Source: an uncultured Clostridia bacterium
Lineage (GTDB): Bacteria > Bacillota > Clostridia > Christensenellales > UBA1750
Reading direction: 5' to 3'
Assembly: GCA_944383925.1 (NCBI GenBank)
Contig: CALWRM010000138.1
Coordinates: forward strand, 623-64,622
DNA: 64,000 nucleotides
Shown: in pieces, positions 1-8,823 of the stretch
How the letters are laid out: each line of letters starts with the position of its first letter
Numbering within the stretch: the stretch's first letter is position 1
The notes under the pieces: generated by a model
Database searches by the model: none
What the model was told of the DNA's origin: nothing
The model's input: only the letters and a program-made list of their open reading frames with translations
Translations under genes and position numbers: made by a program

Positions 1-1
1 T

Positions 2-3000
2 ACCGACGCCAAGAAGGTGTCCCTGACCTTGATGAAGGAGATCGAGGCCGGAGAGCTCAAGGTTCTGGGAGAGCACAGCTTCACCTTCACGCTCTATGAC
101 GCGAGAAAAAAACCGATCGGGTCGCAGAGCATCCAATACGATCCGGAAAATCCAACCAAGCCACTGCAGGCGGTTTTCGACGGCCTGAGCCAGGGGGCGA
201 CCTATTACCTTCGGGAAGAAACGGACGAAGGCTTCCTGCTGACGGGCATGGAGGCGGACGAGTTCGCGCTTGAGGAGGAGGATGGCTACTACTGTTTCAC
301 CATGCCCAACGACAGCAACCAGGGCGCGACCGTGGTGGCCACCAACCTCTATCTGTACGCCGAGGTGACCGTGCTCAAGGTGGATGGAAGGAACGGCAAT
401 CCGCTGGAGGGAGCCGCCTTTGAAGCCTATCGCAAGTGGGAGGGAGACCAGTATTTTACAAACGCCACCGGCACGTGGACGGTGCTGGGAGAGGGCGAGT
501 ATCGCGTGCGGCTGCCCTTGGCAAGCGAGCAGGGCGATAGCTTTAAGCTGCAGGAACTCAAGGCGCCGGACGGCTACGTGCGCGAATACCCGTGGACGGA
601 GGTGGCGGTGAAGCCGGGCGAGTCCCTCGTGCATGGCGACTACGATGAGGACACCATGGCCAGAGAAGATCGGGAGCAAAACGATCAGGCTATGCTGGAA
701 AAACTTATCTTCCCCAACTATTTGGGCTGCAAGATCGAGATCACGAAGTATGACAACATGAAGGAAGGCGTGAACCCCCAGCCCTTGGAGGGCGCGACCT
801 TCACCCTGTACACCAAGGACGAGGAGGGCTCCTGGCAGGTGGTGACCGATGCGACCACCGGCGAGGACGGCCGGGTGGTCTTCACCGTGGAGAACGGCAG
901 GGTCTATGCGGTGACGGAATCCCATGTGCCGGAGGGCTACAAGGAGCTGCAGGGCCTGTTTGACGGCGATACCCAGATGAAAACGGAGGATGGAACGGCG
1001 GCGTCCGATTCCGGCACGGCCATCCGCTTCCACCTCGTCAACCAGGGAGAGCCCGTCGCGCTGAACAACACCTATGTCTACCAGGCCTACAACACGCCCT
1101 ATGTGCCGCTGGAAATCCGCAAGCAGGACGTAAGCCCTCAGGCGGGCGGGACTCCCCCCACGGCGGTGGTGAGCGTCTATGAGGTGCCGGAGGGCACGCC
1201 CCCGTCCCTGACCGAGGCGGAGGTGGCAAAACTGATGGAAGGCACGCCCATTCTCGCGGGCGTGCAGGTTACAACGAGAAGCCAGGACGGGCCTTACAAC
1301 TACGCGGACGCAGGCACCCTTCTGGCGCTGGGCAGGAGCATCGTCGGCGGAAAGACCTATTTGGCGGTGGAAACCTCGTCCAGCTACACCCAGATCCGAG
1401 ACCATGGGTCCGTGGTTTGGTACCAGGTGTTCTATGTGCCGGCGGGCAGCCGGGAAAAGCAGATGGTCACCTTGAAGAACCTGCAAGGTCAGGTCACGAC
1501 CGATCTGACGAAGACGGCCAAGGAAACGGCTTCCCTCGAGAGCCTGTTAAGCCAGGGCGCCACGCTGTACTATACCCTGACGCCCAAGGTGGACGACAAC
1601 AGCTATCCCCTGAACAGCTATGTGCTGACCGACGAGGGCCTCACCGCCCATAGCGGGGAGCGGGAACTGGACTTTGACCAATACCTGAAGGGGAAATACT
1701 CCATCACCCAGGTGACGGTGGGGATGGCCAACCATTCGACGGCCGGCTATGGCGTGTTGGACGCGCCCATTGTTGCCACGGTGCGCTTCTATGGCTTTGA
1801 GGACGGGCAGGAGCCCATCCAGGTGAGCACCACCGACGATCTGCGCAAGGGAGGGGAGACGATCTTCCTCAACGGGGACAAGAAGGCCAAATGGCTGACG
1901 ATCGAATACAGCTCCCCGGCGCTGCAGGACGCCAGCGGCTATGCCCTTGGCCTGTCGTTTGCGGCCGAAGAGGTGGAGCTCACGCTCCAGCTGGATAAGC
2001 AGGAAGGCGGCAGCGGCGTGCTGCCCATCACAGAAATCACCAACACGGCCAAGGCCACCTTGAAATACCGGCCATGGAACGGGCAGGGCGAGCAGCTTGA
2101 TGTGGTTACGCTGGAACCTGAGGACACCGCCTCCAACAGCTTTGGCGAGCTGCCCACGGCCCTCGTGAGCCTGACAAAGACCTGCGAACAGACCGCCGTC
2201 GATCTGACGAGCGGCCAAGCGGTCTACACCATGGAGATCCATAACGATGAAAGCGCCAAGGCGGCCATGCAAAACCCCTTCCTGGTGGATTTGATCCCGC
2301 AGGGCATGCGGCTGGCGGAAGGAGACGGCGCCGTGCGCTTGATCGATGCGCCGGAGGGCGTTAGCCTGGAGAACTGGCGCACCGAGACCAAGCAAGGCGA
2401 GACCGCCCTGTTTGTCTTCCTGCAAGGCGCGCTGAACCCGGGCGAAAGCATCCGGGTGCAGCTCACGCTTGCCTCCACAGCCGCCGTGGCCACCTATGGG
2501 GCGGCCGTGACAAACCACGTGCTGCTGGGCAGCCGCACCAAGGGCGTGCAGAGCCAGGACAACCTGCGGGCGACCTCCTGGAAGACGCAGGACGGGCACT
2601 GGCCCGACGATGTTACCGGCGCGCTGAACGCCTTGGACGAAACCCGCCGCGGAGTTCTGGTCGAGATGCTGGCAGACAGCGGTTTTGAGGACTTTGGCTT
2701 TATCTCTGCCAACGCGACCATTCAGTGGACCACCTCCTCCGAGGCGGCGCTGCTCAAAACCGGCCGGGGCGACCGCTCCCAGGACACCGGCTTCACCGCG
2801 GACCGCCTGTCCTCCGTCAACAACGATGGAAGCATGGAATACCGCCTGGTGTTCACCAATCTTTCCTCCGCCAACATCTACACGGGCGTAAGCTTCCTGG
2901 ATGTGCTGCCCGTTGCGGGAGATATCGTGAGCCAAGGCGGCTCCGACCGCAACAGCCAGTGGTCGATGTCCCTGGATGCCGGGAGCATTCAGCTCCATAG

Positions 3001-6000
3001 GCTTCTCACAGACGGGAGCTCCGAACAACTGGAGGAACAATCCTATCGCGTTTTCTACTACAACCAGCCCATCGTAAACAGCCAAGCCATGAGCGGGGTA
3101 TATGCCGACATCGAGAAGCTGACCTTTGACGCAGGCGAACTGCCGGATGGTTGGAGCGAAAATGCCTCTGCAACCACGGCCGCGTTTGCCGTCGCCATTG
3201 AGAAAAATGAGGACATTGCCCTCCAGCACAACCAGAGCTACCGGGTCCAGTACCGGATGGAAGTCGGCGAGTTGGAGGAGGAGGCGGTGGCCGAGCGCGC
3301 CTGGACCAACACGGTGAACAACTTCAACTGCTCGTACTTTAGCTATGCAATGGGCACGGCCATAGCAGACGCAACCCGGGCGCAGACCCTGATCTCCAAT
3401 TCCGTGTCCGCGACCATTCTGCCCGAACCGGTGCAGGTGGGCGGCCATGTTTGGATCGACAAAAACGACAACGGCATTTGGGAGAAAGGGGAATCCGTAG
3501 CGGATTTGGCCGGCGACGCGCTGGTGCAGTCGCTGCTGGACAACATCGAGATCCGGCTCAACACCTTTGAAGGAAAGAGCCACTCGGCCTCCGGCAGCAC
3601 CGTATATCAAAAATCCAGCGATACAGAATGGGAAAGGGAGGCCAACTACGTCTTTACCGACCTAGACCCAGCCAGCAAAAAGGACAGCTCTAGCGAAGAT
3701 GAGCTGTACTCGGGAACAACCCCCAACAGCCCGCTGCAACCGGCCTACCTGAAGGGGGCGGCGCCCAAGACCTACAACATCGCGGCCACCATCCCGGTGG
3801 ACGCGCAGCTCCCCTTCCGCCTTAGCAAAACGATCGGATCGGGCCGTTCGCGCAACCCCGTGGACTTGCAGCCGGGGGGCGCATATGCCAAGGAGGCGCA
3901 GGACAACAACTTTGCCGAGGCGTCTGAAAGGACCGCGGTTTCCGAGCGCTTCTTCCTCTATCCGTCGGCGCAAGGGCGGTTTGACAACACGAAGGACATC
4001 GGCTTGGTGCCCTATCGCAACCTGATCATTCAAAAAAGCGCGATGGACGACGGTTCCCCCATTGAAGGGGCGAGCTTTGCGGTGTACGGTCCCTTTGACG
4101 ACGAGGCGGCGGCGCAGGGCGCCGCGCTGGAGCAGCCCCTAAAGACGGTCACGACCGACAAAAATGGCGAGGCCGAGGTGGAGGGCTTGCTCTGGTACAA
4201 GGTCTATGTGATTGTGGAAACGAGCGCCGGCGAGGGATACCTGCTGGACGGCGCGACCGCCACGAGTACGGCTATGCAGGTGCAGGAGCGCCAGGCCGTA
4301 GACGGCCATCCCGCCTGGATCCTGCCCATCCCGGGAAAAGAGGTCACGCAGGCGGACCAAACGCTCACCGTTGCCAACCGCAGGCGGGCGGAATATGAGA
4401 TCACCGCCACGAAACAACTGGAGGGCATGGCCCTGCAGGCGGAACAGTTCACCTTCGAGCTGCTGAACGAAAAGGGCGAGACGGTGGGCAAGGCGAAGAA
4501 CGACGCGGAAGGAAGGCTGCGCTTTGGGCCGCTGGAGGCCACGGGAGCGGGGACCTTCACCTACTACGTTCGGGAAGTTCCCGACCAGACGCCGGGAATC
4601 CGCTATGACGGGCGGCGCTACAGGGTGCAGGTGGAGGTGACGTGGAACGAGGAGGAAAAGCGGCTCGCCGCCGCCATAAAGACCTTCCTGGTGGGCGATG
4701 ACGGCCAGGAGACACCCTGCGAGGGCGTGGTTTTTGAAAACAGCTACGAGCCGGAGCCGGCCAGCTATGCCCCCAAGGTGCAAAAGAGCTTCCAAAACGG
4801 CGAAAGCCCCGCCGCGCAGGACAAATTCGTGTTCCTCCTGGAATGGAAGGAGGGGGAGCAGGACGGCGCGACCATGCCGGCGGAGAGCGTCCTCAGCCTC
4901 AGCGGGGCGGGCGAAGCCAACTTTGGGGCCATCGAATTCCGCCGGGCGGGCACGTACGCCTTCACCATCCGCGAGCAGGCGGACACAGCGCTGGAAGGCT
5001 TTGGGTACGAGTTCGACAAAAGCGTTTGGACGCTGAAGGTGGAGGTTGTGGACAAGGGCGGAACCCTTCGCATCGAGAACGTCCAATACAGCGCGGACGG
5101 GCACGAGGACTCCACAGAGCAGGCGAGCTTCGTCAATGCCTACGCGCCGAAGGAACTCGTCTTCACCCCCAAGGTACGAAAGCAGCTCAGCGGCCTGGCC
5201 GCCTCCACGGACGCCTTCCGCTTCCATCTAAGCCCGATCGCGGCCGATCCGGCGGGCGGCGTGTTGGTTCCGGAAAACGCCACGGCGACCATCCGCGGCG
5301 AGGGCGAGGCCTCCTTCCCGGAGCTGACGTTTAGGAGCCCGGGCACCTATGCCTTCGCCATCACCGAGGAGGATGGGGGCCTGCCCGGCTACAGCTACGA
5401 TCATGCGCAGTGGACGCTGACGGTGGTTGTGACCGAGGAGGAGGGCGAGCTGGTCGCCACGCCGACGTATTCCAAGCCGGGCATCCTCTTGCCCCAGACC
5501 AACGGCGAGGCCGCCATTTTCCTCAACCAATACCATAGCGAGTCGGGCGAAGACTTCGTTCAGTACACCCCGGCGGTGGAGAAGAGCTTCACCGCGGACA
5601 GCGATCCAAGACCCACCGCCAAGCCCTTCAGCTTTTCCCTTACGGCGATGGAAAACTACGGGTCCGCCGTGGAAATGCCCTGGATCGGCAGGCTCTTTGG
5701 CCATAAGGTCACCGTGCTCGGCCAGGGGACGGCCTACTTTGACAGCATTCGCTTCCACCAGGAGGGCGAGTACCGCTTCCTCTTGCGGGAAGAAAGGGGC
5801 AGGGCCTCCGGCTACACCTACGACGCCACCAGGTGGATCCTGACCGTGCGGGTGGAACGCAGCGGCGGCCGGCTGGTCGTTGCCCAAGCGCGCTACGAAA
5901 GCGAGGACGGCGAGCGCGTCGCCGGCAGGGCTTGCTTTGTGAACGCCTTCCACCTGGGCGAACTGGCCTACACGGGGGATACGTTCTCCTGGACCTGGCC

Positions 6001-6073
6001 GCTCGCCCTGATCCTGGCCTGCGCGGCCGGGCTGATCGCCCTTGGGCTCGCGCGGCGAAAGAAGAAAGACTAA
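2..6073 (+). CDS. Giant sortase-anchored surface protein (adhesin/pilin-like); 5' end lies outside the window
   Basis: The frame is open to the window edge, and the visible N-terminus has no signal peptide although the C-terminus carries a sorting signal. It has repeated SpaA/Cna-B-type segments (LKVDGRNGNPLEGAAFEAY; EITKYDN..PLEGATFTLYTKD..TGEDGRVVF; IIQKSAMDDGSPIEGASFAVYG) and an SdrD-B-like segment (GGHVWIDKNDNGIWEKGE). Four C-terminal pilin-isopeptide-type domains follow, then LAYTG (5963-5977), a hydrophobic helix and an RRKKKD tail. Confidence 0.85.
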   Translation, partial: TDAKKVSLTLMKEIEAGELKVLGEHSFTFTLYDARKKPIGSQSIQYDPENPTKPLQAVFDGLSQGATYYLREETDEGFLLTGMEADEFALEEEDGYYCFTMPNDSNQGATVVATNLYLYAEVTVLKVDGRNGNPLEGAAFEAYRKWEGDQYFTNATGTWTVLGEGEYRVRLPLASEQGDSFKLQELKAPDGYVREYPWTEVAVKPGESLVHGDYDEDTMAREDREQNDQAMLEKLIFPNYLGCKIEITKYDNMKEGVNPQPLEGATFTLYTKDEEGSWQVVTDATTGEDGRVVFTVENGRVYAVTESHVPEGYKELQGLFDGDTQMKTEDGTAASDSGTAIRFHLVNQGEPVALNNTYVYQAYNTPYVPLEIRKQDVSPQAGGTPPTAVVSVYEVPEGTPPSLTEAEVAKLMEGTPILAGVQVTTRSQDGPYNYADAGTLLALGRSIVGGKTYLAVETSSSYTQIRDHGSVVWYQVFYVPAGSREKQMVTLKNLQGQVTTDLTKTAKETASLESLLSQGATLYYTLTPKVDDNSYPLNSYVLTDEGLTAHSGERELDFDQYLKGKYSITQVTVGMANHSTAGYGVLDAPIVATVRFYGFEDGQEPIQVSTTDDLRKGGETIFLNGDKKAKWLTIEYSSPALQDASGYALGLSFAAEEVELTLQLDKQEGGSGVLPITEITNTAKATLKYRPWNGQGEQLDVVTLEPEDTASNSFGELPTALVSLTKTCEQTAVDLTSGQAVYTMEIHNDESAKAAMQNPFLVDLIPQGMRLAEGDGAVRLIDAPEGVSLENWRTETKQGETALFVFLQGALNPGESIRVQLTLASTAAVATYGAAVTNHVLLGSRTKGVQSQDNLRATSWKTQDGHWPDDVTGALNALDETRRGVLVEMLADSGFEDFGFISANATIQWTTSSEAALLKTGRGDRSQDTGFTADRLSSVNNDGSMEYRLVFTNLSSANIYTGVSFLDVLPVAGDIVSQGGSDRNSQWSMSLDAGSIQLHRLLTDGSSEQLEEQSYRVFYYNQPIVNSQAMSGVYADIEKLTFDAGELPDGWSENASATTAAFAVAIEKNEDIALQHNQSYRVQYRMEVGELEEEAVAERAWTNTVNNFNCSYFSYAMGTAIADATRAQTLISNSVSATILPEPVQVGGHVWIDKNDNGIWEKGESVADLAGDALVQSLLDNIEIRLNTFEGKSHSASGSTVYQKSSDTEWEREANYVFTDLDPASKKDSSSEDELYSGTTPNSPLQPAYLKGAAPKTYNIAATIPVDAQLPFRLSKTIGSGRSRNPVDLQPGGAYAKEAQDNNFAEASERTAVSERFFLYPSAQGRFDNTKDIGLVPYRNLIIQKSAMDDGSPIEGASFAVYGPFDDEAAAQGAALEQPLKTVTTDKNGEAEVEGLLWYKVYVIVETSAGEGYLLDGATATSTAMQVQERQAVDGHPAWILPIPGKEVTQADQTLTVANRRRAEYEITATKQLEGMALQAEQFTFELLNEKGETVGKAKNDAEGRLRFGPLEATGAGTFTYYVREVPDQTPGIRYDGRRYRVQVEVTWNEEEKRLAAAIKTFLVGDDGQETPCEGVVFENSYEPEPASYAPKVQKSFQNGESPAAQDKFVFLLEWKEGEQDGATMPAESVLSLSGAGEANFGAIEFRRAGTYAFTIREQADTALEGFGYEFDKSVWTLKVEVVDKGGTLRIENVQYSADGHEDSTEQASFVNAYAPKELVFTPKVRKQLSGLAASTDAFRFHLSPIAADPAGGVLVPENATATIRGEGEASFPELTFRSPGTYAFAITEEDGGLPGYSYDHAQWTLTVVVTEEEGELVATPTYSKPGILLPQTNGEAAIFLNQYHSESGEDFVQYTPAVEKSFTADSDPRPTAKPFSFSLTAMENYGSAVEMPWIGRLFGHKVTVLGQGTAYFDSIRFHQEGEYRFLLREERGRASGYTYDATRWILTVRVERSGGRLVVAQARYESEDGERVAGRACFVNAFHLGELAYTGDTFSWTWPLALILACAAGLIALGLARRKKKD
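4394..5945 (+). repeat. Four tandem 124-134 aa pilin isopeptide-linkage-type domain repeats inside the surface protein
   Basis: Units start at about 4394 (YEITATKQLEG), 4766 (YAPKVQKSF), 5162 (FTPKVRKQL) and 5564 (YTPAVEKSF). Each has an F.F.L..., G.a.F..i.F...GtY.F.irE, Y(D/E)....w.l.V.V pattern like Spy0128/FctA-type domains. The repeats are diverged at the nucleotide level. Confidence 0.7.
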
Positions 6074-6084
6074 AAAAATCCCAC

Positions 6085-6123
6085 AAACAAGGCCCGCTCC
6101 CCTAGGGGAGCGGGCCTTTGTTT
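6085..6123. terminator. Bidirectional intrinsic terminator between the surface protein gene and zupT
   Basis: Near-perfect hairpin aaacaaggcccgctcccc-ta-ggggagcgggcctttgttt, flanked by an A-run and a T-run. Confidence 0.8.
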
Positions 6124-6138
6124 GCCGCCGCGGGGCGG

Positions 6139-6942
6139 TCAGAGGAAGAGCAATAGGCTCACCGCCATGACCACCATGCCGGAGATCAGGCCGTAAAGGG
6201 AGAGATGATGCTCGCCATACTCGCGCGCCGCCGGCAGCAGCTCGTCGAAGGAGATGAAGACCATGATGCCCGCCACGCCTGCGAAGATCACGCCGAATAG
6301 GGCGTCGCTCATGAAGGGCCGCAGCACCAACCATCCCACCAGCGCGCCCAGGGGCTCCGCCAGGCCGGAGAGGAAGGAGTAGCCAAAGGCCTTGGTGCGG
6401 GAGCCCGTGGCGTGGTAGATGGGCACGGAAACCGCGATGCCCTCGGGCACGTTGTGGATGGCGATGGCCGCCACGATGGGGATGGCCAAACCGGGTTCCT
6501 GCAGGGCGGACACGAAGGTGGCCAGGCCCTCGGGGAAGTTATGGATGGCGATGGCCAGGGCCGTGAACACGCCCATGCGCAGCAACCGCGCCGTGGGCGC
6601 TGGGGAGGCCTCCATGGCCTCGGCCAGCTTCACCTCGTGGGGGTTTTCCGCCGAGGGGATCAGCTTGTCGATGATGGCGATGAGCAGCATGCCGCCAAAG
6701 AACGCGCCCACCGTGGCCCAGCTGCCGGCGCGGGTTCCCAACTGGGCGGCCAGCGAAGCCTGGGCCTTGGAGAGGATCTCGCTCATGGAGACATACACCA
6801 TGACGCCCGCGGAAAAGCCCAGGGAAACCGAGAGGAACTTGCGGTTGGTGTGGCGGCTCAGGAATGCGATCAAGCTGCCGATGCCCGTACTGAGGCCCGC
6901 CAACAGGGTGAGTAGAAAGGCAAGCAACACATTCGTATCCAT
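6139..6942 (-). CDS. zupT: ZIP-family zinc transporter ZupT
   Basis: Multi-TM protein with the two HN(F/V)PEG(L/I)A motifs typical of ZupT. The start was moved to the ATG at 6942 (MDTNVLL), which is preceded by AAGGAGG. Confidence 0.9.
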   Translation of the reverse strand: MDTNVLLAFLLTLLAGLSTGIGSLIAFLSRHTNRKFLSVSLGFSAGVMVYVSMSEILSKAQASLAAQLGTRAGSWATVGAFFGGMLLIAIIDKLIPSAENPHEVKLAEAMEASPAPTARLLRMGVFTALAIAIHNFPEGLATFVSALQEPGLAIPIVAAIAIHNVPEGIAVSVPIYHATGSRTKAFGYSFLSGLAEPLGALVGWLVLRPFMSDALFGVIFAGVAGIMVFISFDELLPAAREYGEHHLSLYGLISGMVVMAVSLLLFL

Positions 6943-6987
6943 GGAACAACCTCCTTGTCCGGCAATCCTGCCGGTTGGATCCACGCC

Positions 6988-7016
6988 ATTGTAGCATTCG
7001 CTTTTTGCCTTGTCAA
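6988..7016 (-). promoter_or_regulatory. Sigma-A type promoter of zupT
   Basis: On the minus strand: TTGACA, 17 nt, TACAAT, about 45 nt upstream of the zupT start. Confidence 0.55.
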
Positions 7017-7040
7017 CGAAGCCCTTGCGGCGGCGCGGGT

Positions 7041-8276
7041 TCAGGCCTCCGGCAGGGCGTCGGCAAAGGCCTGGGCCCAGTCCTCCAGGGGCAGGGTGAA
7101 GGTTTCGGAGGTTTGGGAGAAGAACACGTGCACCGTCACGTTCCCCCGCTGAAGGATGAGGTTGGGGAAGTGGAGCTCATCCGTGTAGGCGACGGCGTAG
7201 TCCGCGCCCAGCGCGGGCAGCTCCAGGGGGGCGAAGCCCTGCTCCCGGCTCGCCCAGCCATGCAGCTCCATCGCCAACCCCTTGGCCAGGGCGGGGGAGA
7301 GCAGCTGGTAATACTCCACGTATAGCCCGCCGTTCAGGGCGCTGCCGTCGGCCAGGTCGACGCAGGCATGCTCGGCGTAGTCGATGCAGCGAGGCGCCAG
7401 CCAATCCGACCATTCCCGCAGGGAGTGAAAGCCCAGCCCCACGCCGTACATGGTCTGGCGATAGCCCACGGCCTCCTCGCCGACAAAGTCCGTCATGGTG
7501 GGAAAGGGGAGCTCGCCCGCGTATTGGTCCAGGGGAATGCGGTCCTCGCCCAACGCCGACGACCCGATCCGCTGCAGGCACACAAGGGCCAACGCGATCA
7601 CCAGGCCAAGCTGCACAAAGCCCTTGACCTGGCGCCAGGCGCTGCGCTTTCGCCAATTCTTCTTTCGGTCCAAGCTGAGGCCTTCGCGCAGCTTGCGCTG
7701 CAGCCGTCCCAGGTAGATCGTGGCCCGCAGCGAATCCGCCACAAACCACAGCGCCAGCAGGGCGCAAAGCAGGAACCGCCAGGTGCCAAGCTGTAGGATG
7801 GTCAGCAGCGGGCCGGAGCGCAGGACGAGCAGCGGATACAACAAGATCCAGAAGAGCAGCGAAACCAGGGCGGAAATCTGCCGCTTCTTCACGGCGTTGA
7901 GGGCGAGGGCCTGCACCTTCGGATCGGTGTTCAGCTCCCTGGCGCTGGGTTCCAGGCTGCGGTAAATGTAAAAATCGCCTCGCTTGGCCACGTAGTTCCA
8001 TCCATACTTTTCGCCAAGGGCCAGCTGCTCTTCGTCCGGCTCGCCGCCGTTTTCGGACCAAAGGCTGGTGCTCCTCTGCGCCGCTTCCAGACGGTAGCGG
8101 GCCGCGCAGGGTTCGGCGCGGGAAAAGAAGGCCAGGCCCACGAAAAAGCCGTCCTGCTCCAGCAGCAACCCCTCCTGGGCCAATTCGGACAGCCAGCTCT
8201 CCATGCCTTCCACATCGTAGCTGGGGCAGGGCGCCAGGCGGCAAACACGCCGGCGCGTCGCTTCGTTCTCGCCCAT
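7041..8276 (-). CDS. DUF2812-family membrane protein, partner of the PadR regulator
   Basis: The N-terminal YDVEGMESWLSELAQEGLLL segment is typical of DUF2812. Central TM helices are followed by an extra C-terminal domain of about 170 aa. The ATG at 8276 lies 2 nt from the padR stop, suggesting translational coupling. Confidence 0.75.
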   Translation of the reverse strand: MGENEATRRRVCRLAPCPSYDVEGMESWLSELAQEGLLLEQDGFFVGLAFFSRAEPCAARYRLEAAQRSTSLWSENGGEPDEEQLALGEKYGWNYVAKRGDFYIYRSLEPSARELNTDPKVQALALNAVKKRQISALVSLLFWILLYPLLVLRSGPLLTILQLGTWRFLLCALLALWFVADSLRATIYLGRLQRKLREGLSLDRKKNWRKRSAWRQVKGFVQLGLVIALALVCLQRIGSSALGEDRIPLDQYAGELPFPTMTDFVGEEAVGYRQTMYGVGLGFHSLREWSDWLAPRCIDYAEHACVDLADGSALNGGLYVEYYQLLSPALAKGLAMELHGWASREQGFAPLELPALGADYAVAYTDELHFPNLILQRGNVTVHVFFSQTSETFTLPLEDWAQAFADALPEA

Positions 8277-8278
8277 GT

Positions 8279-8605
8279 TCAAGGCTCCTTTCTGGCCGCT
8301 TTGGCCGCTTCCGCGTCCGCGACGCATTGGTATAGGCGCTTCAGCTCCGCCTCGTAGGCCTGCGCGCCCCGTTCGGTGAGGGCATAGGTGCGCTTGCGCC
8401 CCTCCACCGAGACCTCGCGGATGTATTTTTCCTTCTCAAACTTGGCCAGGATGGTGTAGAGCGTCGCAGGGCCCAGCTGAAGCCGGCCGGACGTGCGTTC
8501 CTCCACGTAGTCGGCCACGTCGATGCCGCACATTTCGCCCTGCTCAAAGGCCATCAGCACGTAAAACATGGATTCCGTCAGGCTTTCCATCGCTCGCCTG
8601 GGCAA
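8279..8605 (-). CDS. PadR-family transcriptional regulator
   Basis: A 108 aa winged-helix protein (CGIDVADYVEERTSGRLQLGPATLYTILAKFEKEKYIREV..GRKRTYALTERG). TTG start at 8605, 8 nt after AAGGAGG. Confidence 0.9.
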   Translation of the reverse strand: MPRRAMESLTESMFYVLMAFEQGEMCGIDVADYVEERTSGRLQLGPATLYTILAKFEKEKYIREVSVEGRKRTYALTERGAQAYEAELKRLYQCVADAEAAKAARKEP

Positions 8606-8623
8606 GGCGCACCCCTCCTTCCC

Positions 8624-8648
8624 CTTGATATCGTTTTATGATATCAAG
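8624..8648. promoter_or_regulatory. Perfect 9-bp inverted repeat, candidate PadR operator
   Basis: CTTGATATC-gttttat-GATATCAAG lies between the padR -10 element and its RBS, in the padR/sulfatase divergent spacer. Confidence 0.5.
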
Positions 8649-8655
8649 TAACGAT

Positions 8656-8684
8656 ATTATAGCAGGGGAGAACGACGGTGTCAA
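8656..8684 (-). promoter_or_regulatory. Consensus sigma-A promoter of padR-DUF2812
   Basis: On the minus strand: TTGACA, 17 nt, TATAAT (both hexamers perfect). Confidence 0.65.
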
Positions 8685-8823
8685 GCGGGAAGGGGACGTA
8701 ACGAGAGCTTTTCTTTTGTTGAGAATCATTGTATAATGGACCAAAGGAAAGGGGACGGGCGCCGGATGGATGCCCTTGGCCGTCCATGGAACGCCCCCTT
8801 GGAAGGGGAAAGGATGGGAGCGC

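Noticed and set aside
1547-3610. A 687-aa ORF on the minus strand inside the surface protein gene, with many shorter ones around it.
   Set aside because: It is antisense to a CDS with clear domain homology. Its translation is Gly/Ala/Arg/His-rich low complexity with no RBS. This is the typical stop-codon-poor antisense frame of GC-rich DNA.
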